This document shows, piece after piece, positions 13,285-27,063 of a DNA stretch of 64,000 nucleotides (position 1 is the first letter of the stretch; every line of letters starts with the position of its first letter). The notes under the pieces are model-generated. The model was not told the DNA's origin, searched no databases, and saw only the letters and a program-made list of their open reading frames with translations. Both the position numbers and the translations under genes were made by a program. Source of the stretch: Podospora anserina (Eukaryota); assembly GCA_017654855.1 (NCBI GenBank), contig CM030334.1, forward strand, positions 3,224,001 to 3,288,000, in the 5' to 3' direction.

Positions 13285-13393
13285 ATGCGGGCTCACACTC
13301 ATCCACCCTCATCAGACCGCTCCGGGGGACTCCCGTTTCCTGACTTTGGCTCTCAGAGAAGCTTTCTCATCCTCGACGAGCCACCACCGCCAC

Positions 13394-13424
<31 letters not shown>

Positions 13425-16334
13425 CGCCGAGGAGGGTGGTCCGCGAGACTCGGTCGCTTCGATTGTTGACGACCCGTTTTTCTTTGGCTACCACAGCACC
13501 GCCGCGAATACTACCTCTGCTGCTGCTGCTGCTGCTGCTGCCACAGCCACCCCCGGCATCCCTGGCGCGCTAACGACGAGTGCCGGCCACCGCAATGAAG
13601 AGCGCCAGCCGTGGATTCCCCCAAGGAAAGATTCACTGAAAGACATAGGTCCTACACCTTGGGTACGCCGTCATCTAACTACCTGATAAGAGTCTCAAGA
13701 AGAAACATGGACAAGAGCTCCTTCTGGCGGTCACGATGGATGTACGCTGACAATTGGACCTCTCAGTTCGATCGCAACAAACCAGCCATGGAGGCCATCA
13801 ACATCGCCATTATCGGCGTCGAAGGCGTGGGGAAGTCGGCTTTTGTCCAGCGAACGATACGTTCCACGCGACCGCCGACACAGAACATGATCACATTCAG
13901 GCATGTGCTCGACGGGACGCAGTACTCAGTCACCCTGGTCGAGCTCGATCTTGAGGGTTTCGAACTGGACCCCCGACAACCAATACAGTGGCCGAAGCAG
14001 GTCGCCGGTCACATGGTGCCACGAATAGATGGCGCCCTGATCCTGTACGACGTTACCAACAAGGAGAGCGTGCGAGGGCTGGATTCCACCATGGCTGCGC
14101 TGGCCAACTCTTCCCTGCCGACGGTTCTCGCCGCCACAAAATGCGACGCCCCCGACGAAGCCCGCCAGATCGACGTGGCAGATGTTGCTTCTGCCTTTCC
14201 CACCTGTGCCGGTCACTTCAGAACGTCTTTCAACGTGCCGGGAAGCGCTCAGGATTGTCTCCAGGCTGCTTTAAAGGCCGCGTTGGCTAACAAGCGAGGT
14301 GAGAATATTATCGCTGCAGTGGTGGTAAAGCCGGGAGACTGACGGGGGAGCAGGAGAACAACCGGAAGGATCGATGACCAGAAGACGCGCTGCCTCGGCG
14401 AGTCTGGATACCCCTCAAGAAATGATCAACGGACGGCCAATCAGCCAACACAGTAAACACAGCAGGGCAAGCTCCGACCTGTCACTCTTGCGGGGTTTCC
14501 CACCGCCCCCAAACGAAAGTCACTACAGGCCCCAGACTTCGAGGTCGCCCAGACTAGACTATTCTTCTGTTGCTCAGCACAGCAACTCAAATTTGGGCTT
14601 GGCCGTTCCCGAAGACGGCCCGCAAACGACAGTGTCAGCCATGCTTCGTCAACCGGGCATTCGACTGGACAGCGGCGCCGAGTCGTTCTTGGATGTGTCT
14701 GAATCCGACGGAGAATCGTATCGGTATTCGGACGACATACCAATACTGCAGCGCAACGATGAGAACTTTTTGGACAGGCCAGCCAAGGTGGCGGGAGTGA
14801 GTTTCGACGACCTTGTCGACAGGCTTGTCGCGCCCAAGATGGCAAAGGCGGACCAAAACTTTGCCGATATCTTTTTGTGCCTATATCGAAAGTTTGCCGC
14901 GCCTTCCGATCTGCTAAACTCGATTCGGGCTCGTCTCGACCAGCTGAGGGAAGACAAGACGACGCACATTCTGATCAAGGTGGAGGCTCAGGCGCGGCTG
15001 GTCGAGTCTGTGGCGAAGTGGGTGTCGTTGTATCCTGGGGATTTTGCCAGGCCGGCAACGAAACGAAGTCTGGAAGAGATGGTCGGAGAATTATCTTTGG
15101 ATCCGCTGTTTGTCACGGCTGCCCAGCAGATGCGTGTTCACCTGGAACACCAGGTGGTCGAGGACGACGACACGGGCTGGGGAAAATCAGACCCAATAGA
15201 CGAGACAGACAACATGTTTGAAGGTCTGAGCCGACCACACACGGGCATCACGGGATCGATGAACTCGCTCCAACTCGACGACCCCAGCAACCCCCCCTCC
15301 AGCCACCACCGACGCCCCTCCCAGAGCTCAGAGAGATCGGGGTCAGATATTCATGGTCGGACAACGGCCCGGTATCAATTCCACACGCTGGAAGACTACG
15401 AGCGCGAAGCGGCCACGCTGGTGCCGATGCCCTCATTGGCGCTCAACAAGTTCCGCTGGCACCAGTTCATGGAGCTCGACACGGAGGAGATTGCCGACGA
15501 GATCACAAGGATAGACTGGGTCATGTTCAGCTCGATCCGGATCCGGGATTTGGTTCGGGACGTCTCGCTGAACCGAGAACAAAAAGAAAAGTGCAAAAGC
15601 CTCAAGAACGTCAACAGAATGATATCCCACTTTAACCACATTGCCAAATGGGTCGCCAACATGATTTTGATCAGAGATAAAGCCAAGCACCGGGCTTCGT
15701 GTCTGGAAAAGTTTATGCTGATTGCCTTGAAGCTGAGGCAAATGAATAACTACAACGGTCTGGCGGCCGTGCTGGCGGGGATCAACGGCACGGCGATCCA
15801 CCGGCTGTCGCAGACGAGGCAGCTTGTTAGCGCGGAGACGCAAAAGAGGTTTGCGAGGTTGGTGTTGCTGATGGGGACGCAGAAGAGCCATTTCGCGTAC
15901 CGGTTGGCGTGGGAGAATTCGCCGCTGCCGAGGATCCCGTTTATGCCGCTGCACAGACGGGATTTGGTGAGTGCTGAGGAGGGGAGCAAGACGTTTGTGG
16001 GGGAGGGGGGGAGGAGGATCAACTGGAAGAAGTTTGAGGTTTTGGGGGAGGTGTTGCTGCCCATCATGAAGAGTCAGGGGATGCCGTACGGTGTCGGGGA
16101 GGGTGGGGGGGGAGGGAGGAGGGGGGAGGTGAGGGAGTTGATTTTGGATGGGAAGTTGATGGGGGATGAGGAGGTGAGTTTTATTTACTCTGTCGGAGTG
16201 GATAATGGTTACTAATTTTTTGTGAAAAGGATATATATCAACGATCCATCCAGGTCGAGGCCAGCAGCGCGGCCGGGGCTGCGGGGGCGGGGGAGGGCAG
16301 CACGAAGAAAAAGTTCCCCTGGTTGGCGAAGTAG
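13285..16334 (+). CDS. Ras guanine nucleotide exchange factor (REM + CDC25 domain) with an N-terminal Ras-like P-loop domain
   Basis: Exons 13285-13662, 13767-14298, 14354-16173, 16230-16334, all GT-AG and in frame. Ras-like motifs: GVEGVGKS, LILYDVTN, TKCD. REM: FLCLYRKFAAP. CDC25: NNYNGLAAVLAG..IPFMPLHRRDL..INWKKF. Confidence 0.9.
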
Positions 16335-16419
16335 AGCGATCGCCAGCCTGGTGGTGACGGTTGTTTTCAATCTGGGGAGAGGAAGAGGGGGTTTAGTGGG
16401 GGGTGGAGGAGGTTGTCTT

Positions 16420-16454
<35 letters not shown>

Positions 16455-16485
16455 GCTACTACTGCTACTACCACTACAACGACGA
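16420..16485. repeat. (ACT/CTA)n microsatellite downstream of the RasGEF stop
   Basis: Tandem CTA units with GCT/ACC/ACG variants. Confidence 0.9.
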
Positions 16486-17042
16486 CAACAGATGAAGAGG
16501 GGGAGCACCGGGAGGAGCAACAAGAGACGGAAGAAACTGGTGGTTGTGGTGGTGGCAGTAAGGCGAGACCGCACAGCTTGGGGACGGTGGAGGAGAAGAA
16601 GCCAAATAAGAAGATGGCGGGGGACTACCCGGAGGTGTTGAGGAAGTTTAGCTTGCCGCTGAGTGTGCAGGGGATTGGGAGCATGGGGTTGGGGTTTCCC
16701 ATGCCGTAGTGAGGGAAGGGCGGAGGGGGTTATATAATATTATTAGTATTGGGATGGACTTGGAAGTTTTGGGGACAAATGTGTCATGTTGGTTGTCATA
16801 TATACGAGAGAGAGAGAGAGAGGGTTATCATCAGAAGCGAAGTAAGCGTAGGGGCATTTGTTGTGTGTGTCATTTTGCTTTTTTTCTGGCGCGTGTTTGG
16901 AGCATGGGATGTTTGTGTCGATGAAGAAGGGGGTTGTGATTAGGTGTGGTGTGGCATTTAGATCTCTGCGTTCCCAATTTTTTTTTTCCATTTTTTTCGA
17001 GTTATGATGGATGATGATGAAAGGGTGGGGAAAGTAACAAAC

Positions 17043-17086
<44 letters not shown>

Positions 17087-17090
17087 AGAA
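17043..17090. repeat. (AAGA)n microsatellite
   Basis: About 11 tandem AAAG units. Confidence 0.95.
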
Positions 17091-20000
17091 TGCCACGCGG
17101 TAAAAACATTTGTATATGTATTATTTTCATCCTTTTGGAATGAGGAAGGTTTGGAAGATTAGGATAGGTAGCTAGGTAGCTCATGGGGGGGTTAGGATGG
17201 CGGTTATTGATGGCTATTCTGTGCTATGAAATCTTTGGGGGGTGATGCCAGATTGTTTGAAGAAGTTTAATGTTTCATGTTCAAAGTGTTCTGACAAGCT
17301 CTTGGCTTTTTTCCTTTTTTTTTTGGCAAATGTACCATGCTTGCGAGAGAGACCAGTTCGCTGAAGACAAGAAGATCACAATCCACTTTTGCTACATTAG
17401 TAGGAGGTAGCAATGACGATATCACCCCATTATGGATCGAAGCGAGACACGGCCTACTGCGCGTATTCGTTTACCAAATCTCGCCGAAAGGACTTCGCCT
17501 AGCAAATAGATGGTGGTATGCGTGGCTAGTGGTATGTGGCGTAGCGAAAGCTGTCTGTTGTCGTAGTGGTGGTAGTAGTGGTGGTGGTAGTGGTGGTGTC
17601 ATGATATACAGATTATGTTGGCGATGTTCGAGAGCGAAGTTGCTCGGTTTACAAAGTAGAAAATATACATGATCTTGAGACTTCCAACCAGAGACAGAGA
17701 ACAAAGACAGCGGGAGAGGAATCAGGAAATATTGTTTAGGCTATATTCTCGCCCTGGTGCCTGTCGGCCAGTTTAGTTATTCTATGATGATAGTTTGCAG
17801 TGCTGGTTCCCCCTCACAGTCTACAAAAAGTCTGGAAATTGTAGATTGGGATGCGGGGTAGTGTTCGTATGTCTGCATGATGACGAGACCGGCGAGGCAT
17901 CAGATCGAATGCAAGCCCAAGGATCAAAAAGAACTGCTTTTTGCTGAGATGGTACATGTCCAAAAGCAGACGAGGCTGGCAATTGAGTCCGATATCTTGT
18001 GTCGTACAGCTCGGACGACGAAGCAAGGCTTGAAGTTTGATCTGTCAATTTTCAATCGGTGATGGCTATCCGGAAGCTGCCGTGTGAGACTAAGCCGATT
18101 TGGGCTTGGTGTTTCTGGAAATTCCCCAGCCTTTTTTTGGAGAGGGCCCCATCCATCCCCCAAAACGCGGGGTTCCAGAGCACAGGGATGTTGGTCTGCC
18201 TTTGGTCTACTGAACATTTTCTATGGAACGTCCAAGTTCTTCATTTCCCAACTTCCTTTTTGATCTGGAACAGACCTGGCTTATCACGGTGATGTGATGA
18301 GTGGTCGTGGGGAGCATGAGGCGTAGGCAAGACATTATGGTGACACTGATCGAGAGAGAACAGATAAGGCAAGACAGAGGCTGAGAAGGAGGGAAGGGGG
18401 GGAAAAGGGAAGGTTGTTGGGTGGGTGAAGGCGTGCTTCCCAACTTGTCCTGGTGCAGGTTGCTTGGCGGCGTGTTGGATGTTGAATGTCAAGCTGCAAG
18501 CTGCGAGACGACACTGATGGCTCGCATACAGGATGAGGGAGGGGTCGGGGAGAACGGCCGGCGTGCTGAATGTTGATCGAAGGGCTGGTGGCGAGATGAG
18601 AGTGACGGGACGGCTTCGACTGTTCGTGAGATTTCTGTAGAAAAGGTTGTCCGGGCCGGAAAGTCCACGATCCCCTTCCGCGCGCAGACGAGTCGACAGG
18701 GGGCTAGCGGTGCAGCGTTGCAATCATGGGACGATAGTGTGCACCTGCCGCTACCCACTAGCCTAAACCCAGAAGAATATCACTTCTTTTTCTTCCTATC
18801 CAAGAGTCCGTTGTCGTCGCAGTATCGAGCCATGCCTCTGCTTGGACAATCTCCGTTGTTGCTGGTTGTCCCAAGAATTCGAGACATAGGGCAGGGTCAA
18901 TGCCCCACTCTCGGGAGCCTCGGGAAGCCCCGCTGCCCTGCGCACGGATCAAGTGTCAACTCACAGACAACATTGGATTTCAGATGAATTCGGGCTATGG
19001 ATATAAAAACAAAAAGATAGAGATCATCGCTGGCAGTCTCCGAGTGGTGTCGGCTCGGAAGACTCGGTCGAACTCAGCTGTCCCGGTCCGTTGGCGTCTT
19101 GTCAGCACAGCAAGCGTGTCACCATAAAGTGCCGGAAGACGCTCGTTATTGAAGAGAGAGTGATCCATGCTATTGGACCGTCGCATTGGAGCCACATCTC
19201 GACCGACATCTCGCTGCTTCCCCGGCGCACCTCGGCCGGACTCACACTGACATCTTTTGACAAAATCATCTTGGAGATTGATAAACAGCCGCGGTACCCC
19301 CATGGGCCCTGCCTGGTCCTGGTGGTGTAGGTTGTGTCTTGGTGTGGTGAGAGGATGGGAAGCGAAGCTATTGCATCTGGGTATTCTCTAGCTCGCCCAC
19401 TTTCCCGCTGTGTTATTTGTTAGGCTCAAAGAGACACACACAGCCTGACACAGCTGGAAGCTGGTCCAATTGCGAAGCTTGACCGTCCTCGCCCCTCCCC
19501 CCATGTCCATCCATCGTCCATCCATGTCCCATGTCCCATGTCCCATCGGCTGTCGTGCCTCTCGTTCCCGTTCCCCTTCTACCTCTTTCCCCGACTTTTT
19601 TCATCTTCTGCAACGGTTGATCTCTGACACCCTCTTTCCTCCTGTTTTATGACCGAGATTTGTTAGCAGGTACCTCTTGTTGTGCCTGTGCTGCAACTCA
19701 GCCGCATTGCGCGTGCTATCTATCTATCGTGGGTCCCCACACGTGAGAGCCAACAAAACGAGGAACACTTGGACGTTAGAGAGCTGGAGAGAGGGAGCTG
19801 ATTTGGGTCGCATAACGTGTACCTTCACCTTATCTACCTACACCTTCTGCCTCATTTCCCAAAACTGCCCGAAACCATGACTACCCCCAAGATCCTCCGT
19901 CCGTCGTTCGCATTATGACCACGTCGTTGTTGTGCCCCTGTTGATCGCCAGCTGCTGCCCACCCCCAAAGAATCCCGACGCACTTTTGCACCACACACAC

Positions 20001-20203
20001 ATCACCGCCAAGCCGAGTTTCAACACCAGTCACCACACCCGACACCAGCTAACATCTGCCGCCCGATCCGCGTCCCCCTCTCTTCGTGTGTGCCGACCGC
20101 CTCATCCGCCATCTCCCACCCCCGCTGAGAGCTCACGACTGACTGAGCTCGTTCAAGACTGCCCTGCCAGTCCGTCATGTTCTCGCTATAAAGGAGCGCC
20201 GAG

Positions 20204-23123
20204 ATGACCACCTTTATCAAGGAACACAAATGGGTCAACAACCATGGCCAGCCCCCTTCCAAGAGACGGAGGATCAATGCTGCGTATGTGGTTTTTCTTT
20301 TCTTTCTTTTTTTTTTCGTCTATCTCTCTCCCTCTCTTTCTCTCTCTCTGTACCGCTGGACCAGCTCTAAAAATATTCCTAGATGCTTGACATGTCGCAA
20401 AAGGAAAACCCGGTGCGCGGGCGAGAGACCGGTGTGTTCGACATGTGCCAAAAATGGCCACACTTGTCTCGGCTACAACGATTTGGATGAGAAGAAGAGG
20501 CCAGCAAATGGAGGGCCGTCAGATGCACAGGATTATGGGGACGACTACACAAAGCACGAGCATGAGGAGAACTACCTGAACGGTGAGAACGTGGAGGTCA
20601 AGATGGAGCCTCAGCAGATGTGGCAGAACCGTGGTGAGGATAACTACGCCAACGATGGGAATAAAAAGGGGGACCAACGATTTTGGAAGAGTCAGTCACA
20701 GTCACATTCGCAACAACAACAGCAGCAGCAACAACAACAACAACAACAACCACAGCAGAAGCCACGTATGGCGGGCTTTGTGGATGCGGATGCGCTTTCT
20801 AGACAGGACTCGGTATCAACGGCTACTGTGACGTCTGGCCGGCGGCGGAAACACAGCAATGATTGGGATCAGGACGATAACTCTCAGAAATCGAATAACC
20901 GGAGCTCGAGTAACCGGTCGCCTGTTGAGCATCAGCATCAGCATCAGCACGAAAGTCACCGGGTGCCCTACTTTAGGTATTTTGGGCCGACTGCCATCGT
21001 CCCAGGCTTCAAGCAGATGGTGGTGGACATCTCGCGCGAGATTCATCGTGATAGGCGCAAGAGTCGGGGCAGTTCCTTCTCGACAACATCACCAGGGTCA
21101 TTGTACGGGTGCGGTGCAGGGCAGCACCATTTCACCAACCCGGGAACCGAGTTCGACAGTCTCGAAGACATTCCGGTTTATGACGTGAACGATTCGAATC
21201 CGGTTCACCCTTTGATCCTCAACCTCGCCATAACCTTCTTCACTCACCTTGGTTGCAACTATCAGTTTATGCGAAAGGATAGGACCCTGCGCATGCTCAA
21301 GGAAAAGAGACTGGAGCCCATCTTGGTAGATGCAATGTGCGCTTTGGCAGCTCGCTTTTCTGACGACCCCATCTTCATCAACCCACATGACGGAAAAGAA
21401 AAGAGATCAGAGTTCGGGCAGGTGTTCGCTCGGCGTGCCAAAGCGGCCACGGTGGACACTTTCCCATGCCCATCCGTTGCTGCTGTGCAGGCCTGTCTTT
21501 TGATGGCATACGAAGGGTTCGGGGCAAACCAGGACAGCGCTCTCTGGATGTATTTGGGCCTGGCCATCAGGATGGCGGTCGATCTCGGTCTTCAGAAGCT
21601 GGAAGGTGTCAAGTACCAAGGTGAACGAGATCCTTGGTACACGAGAAGCTGGAGCCGGAAAAGCAACGATGGATCCGATGAACCCGAGGGAAAGCGAAAC
21701 GACGAAGAGGTTTTGGGGCCGCACGAGCAGCGCGAGGTGGAACAGGAGCGCATGGATACCTTTTGGGCTGTCTTTGTTCTGGACCGTGTCATATCGTCGG
21801 GAACAGGACGTCCAGTCACGTTCCGTGACGACGACTTTGAGCTGTCTCTTCCGGAGCACGCCATCGATCCGGTCTCGGGCTGGCCCGACCCCTTCCCGCC
21901 GTTCATCGAGATCATCCACCTGTACGGCAGAGTGTCGGATGTTTTGAACAATATCCGGGATGCCAACGACCTCACCGAGGAGAAGATGCAGAAGCTTGCA
22001 CAGATGGAGATTGACTTGAGCCACATTTACAAGAAGCAGGATTCGCGGCTCCATTTTGACCCTGCCAACTTTCGAAAGTATGTCGAGGCAGGAAAAGGCA
22101 CCATCTTTATTCTGCTGCACTTTTGGTTCCACGCTCTGATCGTTGTCCTTCATCAGCCGACGCTGTTGACTCCGTTTTACAGCCTCAGACCGACTCAGTT
22201 GCTGCCGAACAGCCGGGAGCTCTCCATGTCGAGTGCCAAAACCATTGCTGACATCCTCGCCTTTGCCGACCTGATCGACCCAAAGAGTTTTATCGGGAAC
22301 CCGTTCACATCCCAGCCAATTTACATCGCTGCATGTGCCTTCTTGATGGAATCTGGAGCGAATGCGTCACACCCCCCTTCGCGAGAGCCATCACCTTCTC
22401 CAGAAGCCAAGTCTCGCTTTTTCAAAGGCATCCCTGGGAAATTGGGCCCATCTATTGACCCCCGACAGAAACACTCACTCCTTGTCTCTGCTGCCAATTC
22501 GAACTACACGCGGTGTTACAAGTCTCTCCAGCAACTGCAGCAGTACTGGGCGGGCGTCGGTTACATTCTCAACGCCCTGGACCAAAAATCAAAGGGCATC
22601 TGGGACTGCGAGACGTTCACAAAGGAGGAATACGAACCCATCACGCTGGCCCGTCGTCGTTCACTGGAACGCTTGCCGCGATTTGAGCATCCCGCCTCGC
22701 CCAACGTTCCACCCATCGCATACTCTCTTACTGGGACCACAAACTCGCCAAACTCGAACCTGACGGTCTTGTTCCAGAATCCAGCAAATACCACACTTCA
22801 GCCCATACCGCCACCTCCACCTCTCTCGGTTCCCGTGTCTGCCGCAACACCTCCTGGGAACATGACATATGATCCCGTCCGGCAAAGCCTTCCAGACACT
22901 CCATCTGCTATGCTCCCGCCGGCCTATCCCCAAGCCAATATTTCGGCTCTGCGCTACCAGTCGAGAACCCCCAAACTGTCCAGGTTACCACAATCGCCGG
23001 CAATGGGCAAGTCCCTACTAAAATACGAATCCTCCCCCTCTGTCGACTTAGACCTGCAAACACCCCCACCCGCAGACAGACATCAGAGGCAGAACCACCA
23101 CCCCACGCATCATCAGACCAGCC

Positions 23124-23199
<76 letters not shown>

Positions 23200-23710
23200 C
23201 CAGAACCACCACCACATCCCCTCCTACGCCTCCTCCTCCTCTTCCACCACCACCCACCACCACCACCACCACCACCACCACTCCTCCAACACCTCAAGCT
23301 ACAAAACCTCGACCGCGCACGAGGGGTCCCCTTCCACAACCCCGACAGATTCCGGTTTGCACCACTACCAGCACAATTCCCACGACCATCATCACGGGAA
23401 TCACCACGACAACCATCACGACGATAACAGCGTAGGTCATAACGAGTACGAGACAGATTTTAGTCATGGTGGGTTGGTTTCAGGGGGAGGAGGAGGAGGA
23501 GGAGGAGGAGGAGGAGGGGGAGGGGGGTACGGGTACTTGGAGATTAATCCGATAAGCGAGGCGATTACTTCGAATAGCTTTGAAGTGAATTTTGATATGT
23601 TGGGGCTGCAGAGCGATTTGATGATGCCGCCTTGGTTGGAGACTTTACCTGGGGAGGTGCTGGGGGGGTTGTTTGAGGGGGGATTGATGCATCATGGGCA
23701 GCATATGTGA
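20204..23710 (+). CDS. Zn(II)2Cys6 transcription factor with fungal-specific TF (middle homology) domain
   Basis: Removing intron 20284-20382 (GTATGT..TAG, 99 nt) gives RINAACLTCRKRKTRCAGERPVCSTCAKNGHTC. MHR motif ALWMYLGLAIRMAVDLGL..TFWAVFVLDR..GRP. Poly-Q, poly-N, poly-H and poly-G tracts. Confidence 0.93.
23124..23200 (+). repeat. (AAC)n coding repeat (poly-Asn, ~25 residues)
   Basis: Perfect AAC run inside the TF C-terminal region, followed by CAC (poly-His) and GGA (poly-Gly) runs. Confidence 0.95.
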
Positions 23711-26700
23711 TTTCTGGGGGATTTCTTTTTTTCTTCTTTTTTTGGCAGGCGGTTAGGGTTGGGTTGGGTTGGGACTGGAGTTGGATTAGGAAGAGGGGGG
23801 ATATGTGGGTTGGGATTGGGATTGGGATTGGAGTAGGGTGTTTATGATTATGATGATGGGCTTCAAGATGGATGGGATACATGAGGATGATATCATGGGT
23901 GTCTTCAAGGTGACTTTTGTTTTTGGAATTACTATGTTGGGGTATGATGAGATGCATGTTTTGTTTTAGCATCACATTTTGGCAAGCCAGGGAGGATATC
24001 TTGGTTTTGTTTTTTCCCCCTTCACTATCCAATGTTTCTACTTTGTTTTTGAACATCATGATTCTTACATTTACGTTTTTATGTTTTTTTTCCTTTTTCT
24101 TTCACCTCCACGCATTCGATCTCATGATATGATGGGAAGCAGGCAACAAGGCGAAAGAGGGAGAGAGGGGTAAATACAGGAAAATAAAAACAGTAATTTT
24201 AAGATGGGGACAAGAGGAAATTGGGCGGCCTTCAAATGCTTTTTTTGTTGTTCTGTTCAAGCGAGCGAGCGAGTTGAGCTGCATTTTGTTTTTGTTTTGT
24301 TTCTGTTTTGGGCATTTCGTGTTATCATCAGCGTTGGGATTCGAGTTATGAGGGGAGGAATGTAAACCAACATCATGCTGGTTTATGGGTTATCATAGTG
24401 GGATTTGATGAGAGGAGGGAGGAGCCGAAAGGTGCATAAATACCACAATGGGGGGGTAGAGACCTTGATAATTACGAGGATCTTTTTGCTTTGCTTGCCC
24501 TCATAATGAGAGTGTTACCAACGACACCACTGGCAAAGCAACCGTATATAAGACTCTCGGTAACCACTAATACCCCCCCAGACCCATACCCATACATCCA
24601 TCCCCTCGGCCTTAAAGAACCATCCGTACGACGTAGATGCATGCCCCTTTTGCATTTCTAACATGCCTTGCTATAAATAGCAAAGCCTCTACGTACAGTC
24701 TTACATAACACTTCAAACTGACGACTGCCCCCCCCCCCTGTTCGCGGGTTGGAGAAGTGGAAAAAGCTTGTGAGATGGGTCCCGGATCTCAGCTGAGATG
24801 GAGACTTTGTCTAGGTTTGATATGAGGCCGGGCTCTGGTAGGCTCGGTTCTGGAACTGTTCCAATAGGCTCGCTACCGCGGGAGGGGGTGAGTAAGGGGG
24901 GGACAAGGCTGCTACGTACCAGTTTACAGAGTGTGTAAGGACTGGAATGATGGATGCGCTCCTGTGACAGTGGCAGGTGTCAAAGTCTGGAGGGGGCGTC
25001 GGTCATCTTGGAGATATCATCATCTGCAGGTTTTGTGACGGTGGTTCGGTACCGAGTTTGGGACTGGGTTGTTGCAGGGTTGTTGTTGTGACCTACCCTC
25101 ATCATGTTTCATGTTGTCTTGATGCCGAGATCGAAGATTTGCGTCAAGGAGGGGGATGATGGATCGAGGACGAGGAAAAGCCAGACAGTATACTCAGCCA
25201 GGCTGTCAGCTACAACAGCACCAAGTCAACAACAGACTCGACGGGACTTGCTCATCCAACCTCTCTCGCCGACGTGGCTCCCAGATCTCGACAAGAAGCA
25301 GCACCATGTCAGGTTCATATACGACAACGACCGGCAGGTATAGCTACCTACCTATCTACATCACCTTTCATCACAACCGCACGTCAAAGCCGTTCACAGC
25401 CCTCCCAGTCAGTCCACCCCCACACTCTTCCGCAGTCCGCCTGACGGACCAAAAAAAGTAACGTCGGGGGGCGACCCCAACTCCCGCACCTGCTCCCCGG
25501 AGTTCGTATGGGCGGTGGATCCCAACCCCAGGTTCTCGCTCCTGGAATAGCGCTGTTGATGATATCCCCAGCATCGATCGCCCCTGGGTTGTTGAGAGGC
25601 CGAGCGATCATGTGGAATGGTGGCTGCATGGATGGGCGCTAGTGTGGCATGAACTATACTGAAAATCCGAATCTTCAGCGAAAACGAAGGCGCGAGGTGT
25701 AGGATTGTGGTGGGATGAAGTATCAAGAAGGGTGATGTGTGGGTGTGATAGAGTTGGGGACTTCGGGTTTGAGGTTCGGAGATAAGAATATGCTTAGATC
25801 GATGACACTGATATCACCAGATGAGCAGAAAACGGACACTGCGGACTGTGGACTATGGACTGTGGACTGTGGACTGTGAACTGTCCGTATGGTTGCCCAT
25901 ATCGGACAGTTCAGTCACAGCGAGCGCGCGAACGAAACGACATCATCACAACGGTATGGGGATATGGGGATGCGGCTCATGATAGCGGCTGACACATGAG
26001 AGGGCTGATGGGACGGAAGGCGGCGGGCTATTTTTTGGAGACCGTTTCTCAAGACTTTCCCCCACACTCACTACCATTCTGGGGCGGACACGGCTCAGAC
26101 AGTCGGCTGCGCTACCGCACCGGGGCAGCGGCCAGCCGGACCAATCAGGGAACACGCATAGCAGCGGACTCGGCTGGCGACGGGAGACTGACAGCTGTCA
26201 GACCCTAACAGGCCCTGTTGTCAAGGCTTTGGGATGTTCTTAGGGTGTGGGGTAAAGGACAGGGGTTTGACTCCCGACACTTGGAGCCGTGGTGGAGGAG
26301 GGCGGCCCCGCTATATCGATTACCGTGAACAAGTCCCGATTTCGAACCACCCCTCACGCCCGAAGAAACCACATGGCGCCAGCAGTTTTCTGGAAAAGAT
26401 GGACGCCCGTGACGCCCACTGACGCCGTAGTGGCCGTCCTCCATGCCAGCAGAGCGATGTCACGGCCTCTTGTCCCATCTCTCGGCCAATGGTGACCCGA
26501 GCAGCCCTACACAGCCTACACAGCCGTGTACCTTGCCGGTATCTAATATACGTCAGGACAGGAACCTCGTCGCTTTTTCGCTTCCGAGTCAGGCGCTCCA
26601 GCGAGTCCCATCCAGTCCCCCCTGGCCATCATCCCGAGCTCCTTGCCGCGATCCTAGGGTGCACCATGCATTGGCGTCTCAGCCCGTCCACCCCGTGAAC

Positions 26701-26945
26701 CCCGTCCATCTGGCCCGACACTCGGATCCTGGCCCGGATCCCGGTTTCTGGGAAAGCGTCGAGAGAGCGCGAGACGGATCTGCCACTGGCGAGAGCCGCT
26801 GACGGAGGTGTGGGAGGAGGAGGAGGAGTAAGTAGGGCGAAGAAATTCTATCAAGTATTTGACCCCTCCCACCTCCTGCTCGTCCCAAACTTTCCATCGT
26901 GATCTCTCCATCCTTCTTCTCTTTTTTCCCAAGATACCCAGTGCT

Positions 26946-26946
<1 letters not shown>

Positions 26947-26990
<44 letters not shown>
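26947..26990. repeat. (CT)n microsatellite in the 5' region of the monooxygenase
   Basis: About 21 CT units 75-115 bp upstream of ATG 27064. Confidence 0.95.
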
Positions 26991-26994
<4 letters not shown>

Positions 26995-27063
26995 CTTTTT
27001 TCTTGTTTCTTTGGATCATCACCCCCCTTTCTAGACATCACATACACACACTCAGTCTTCACA

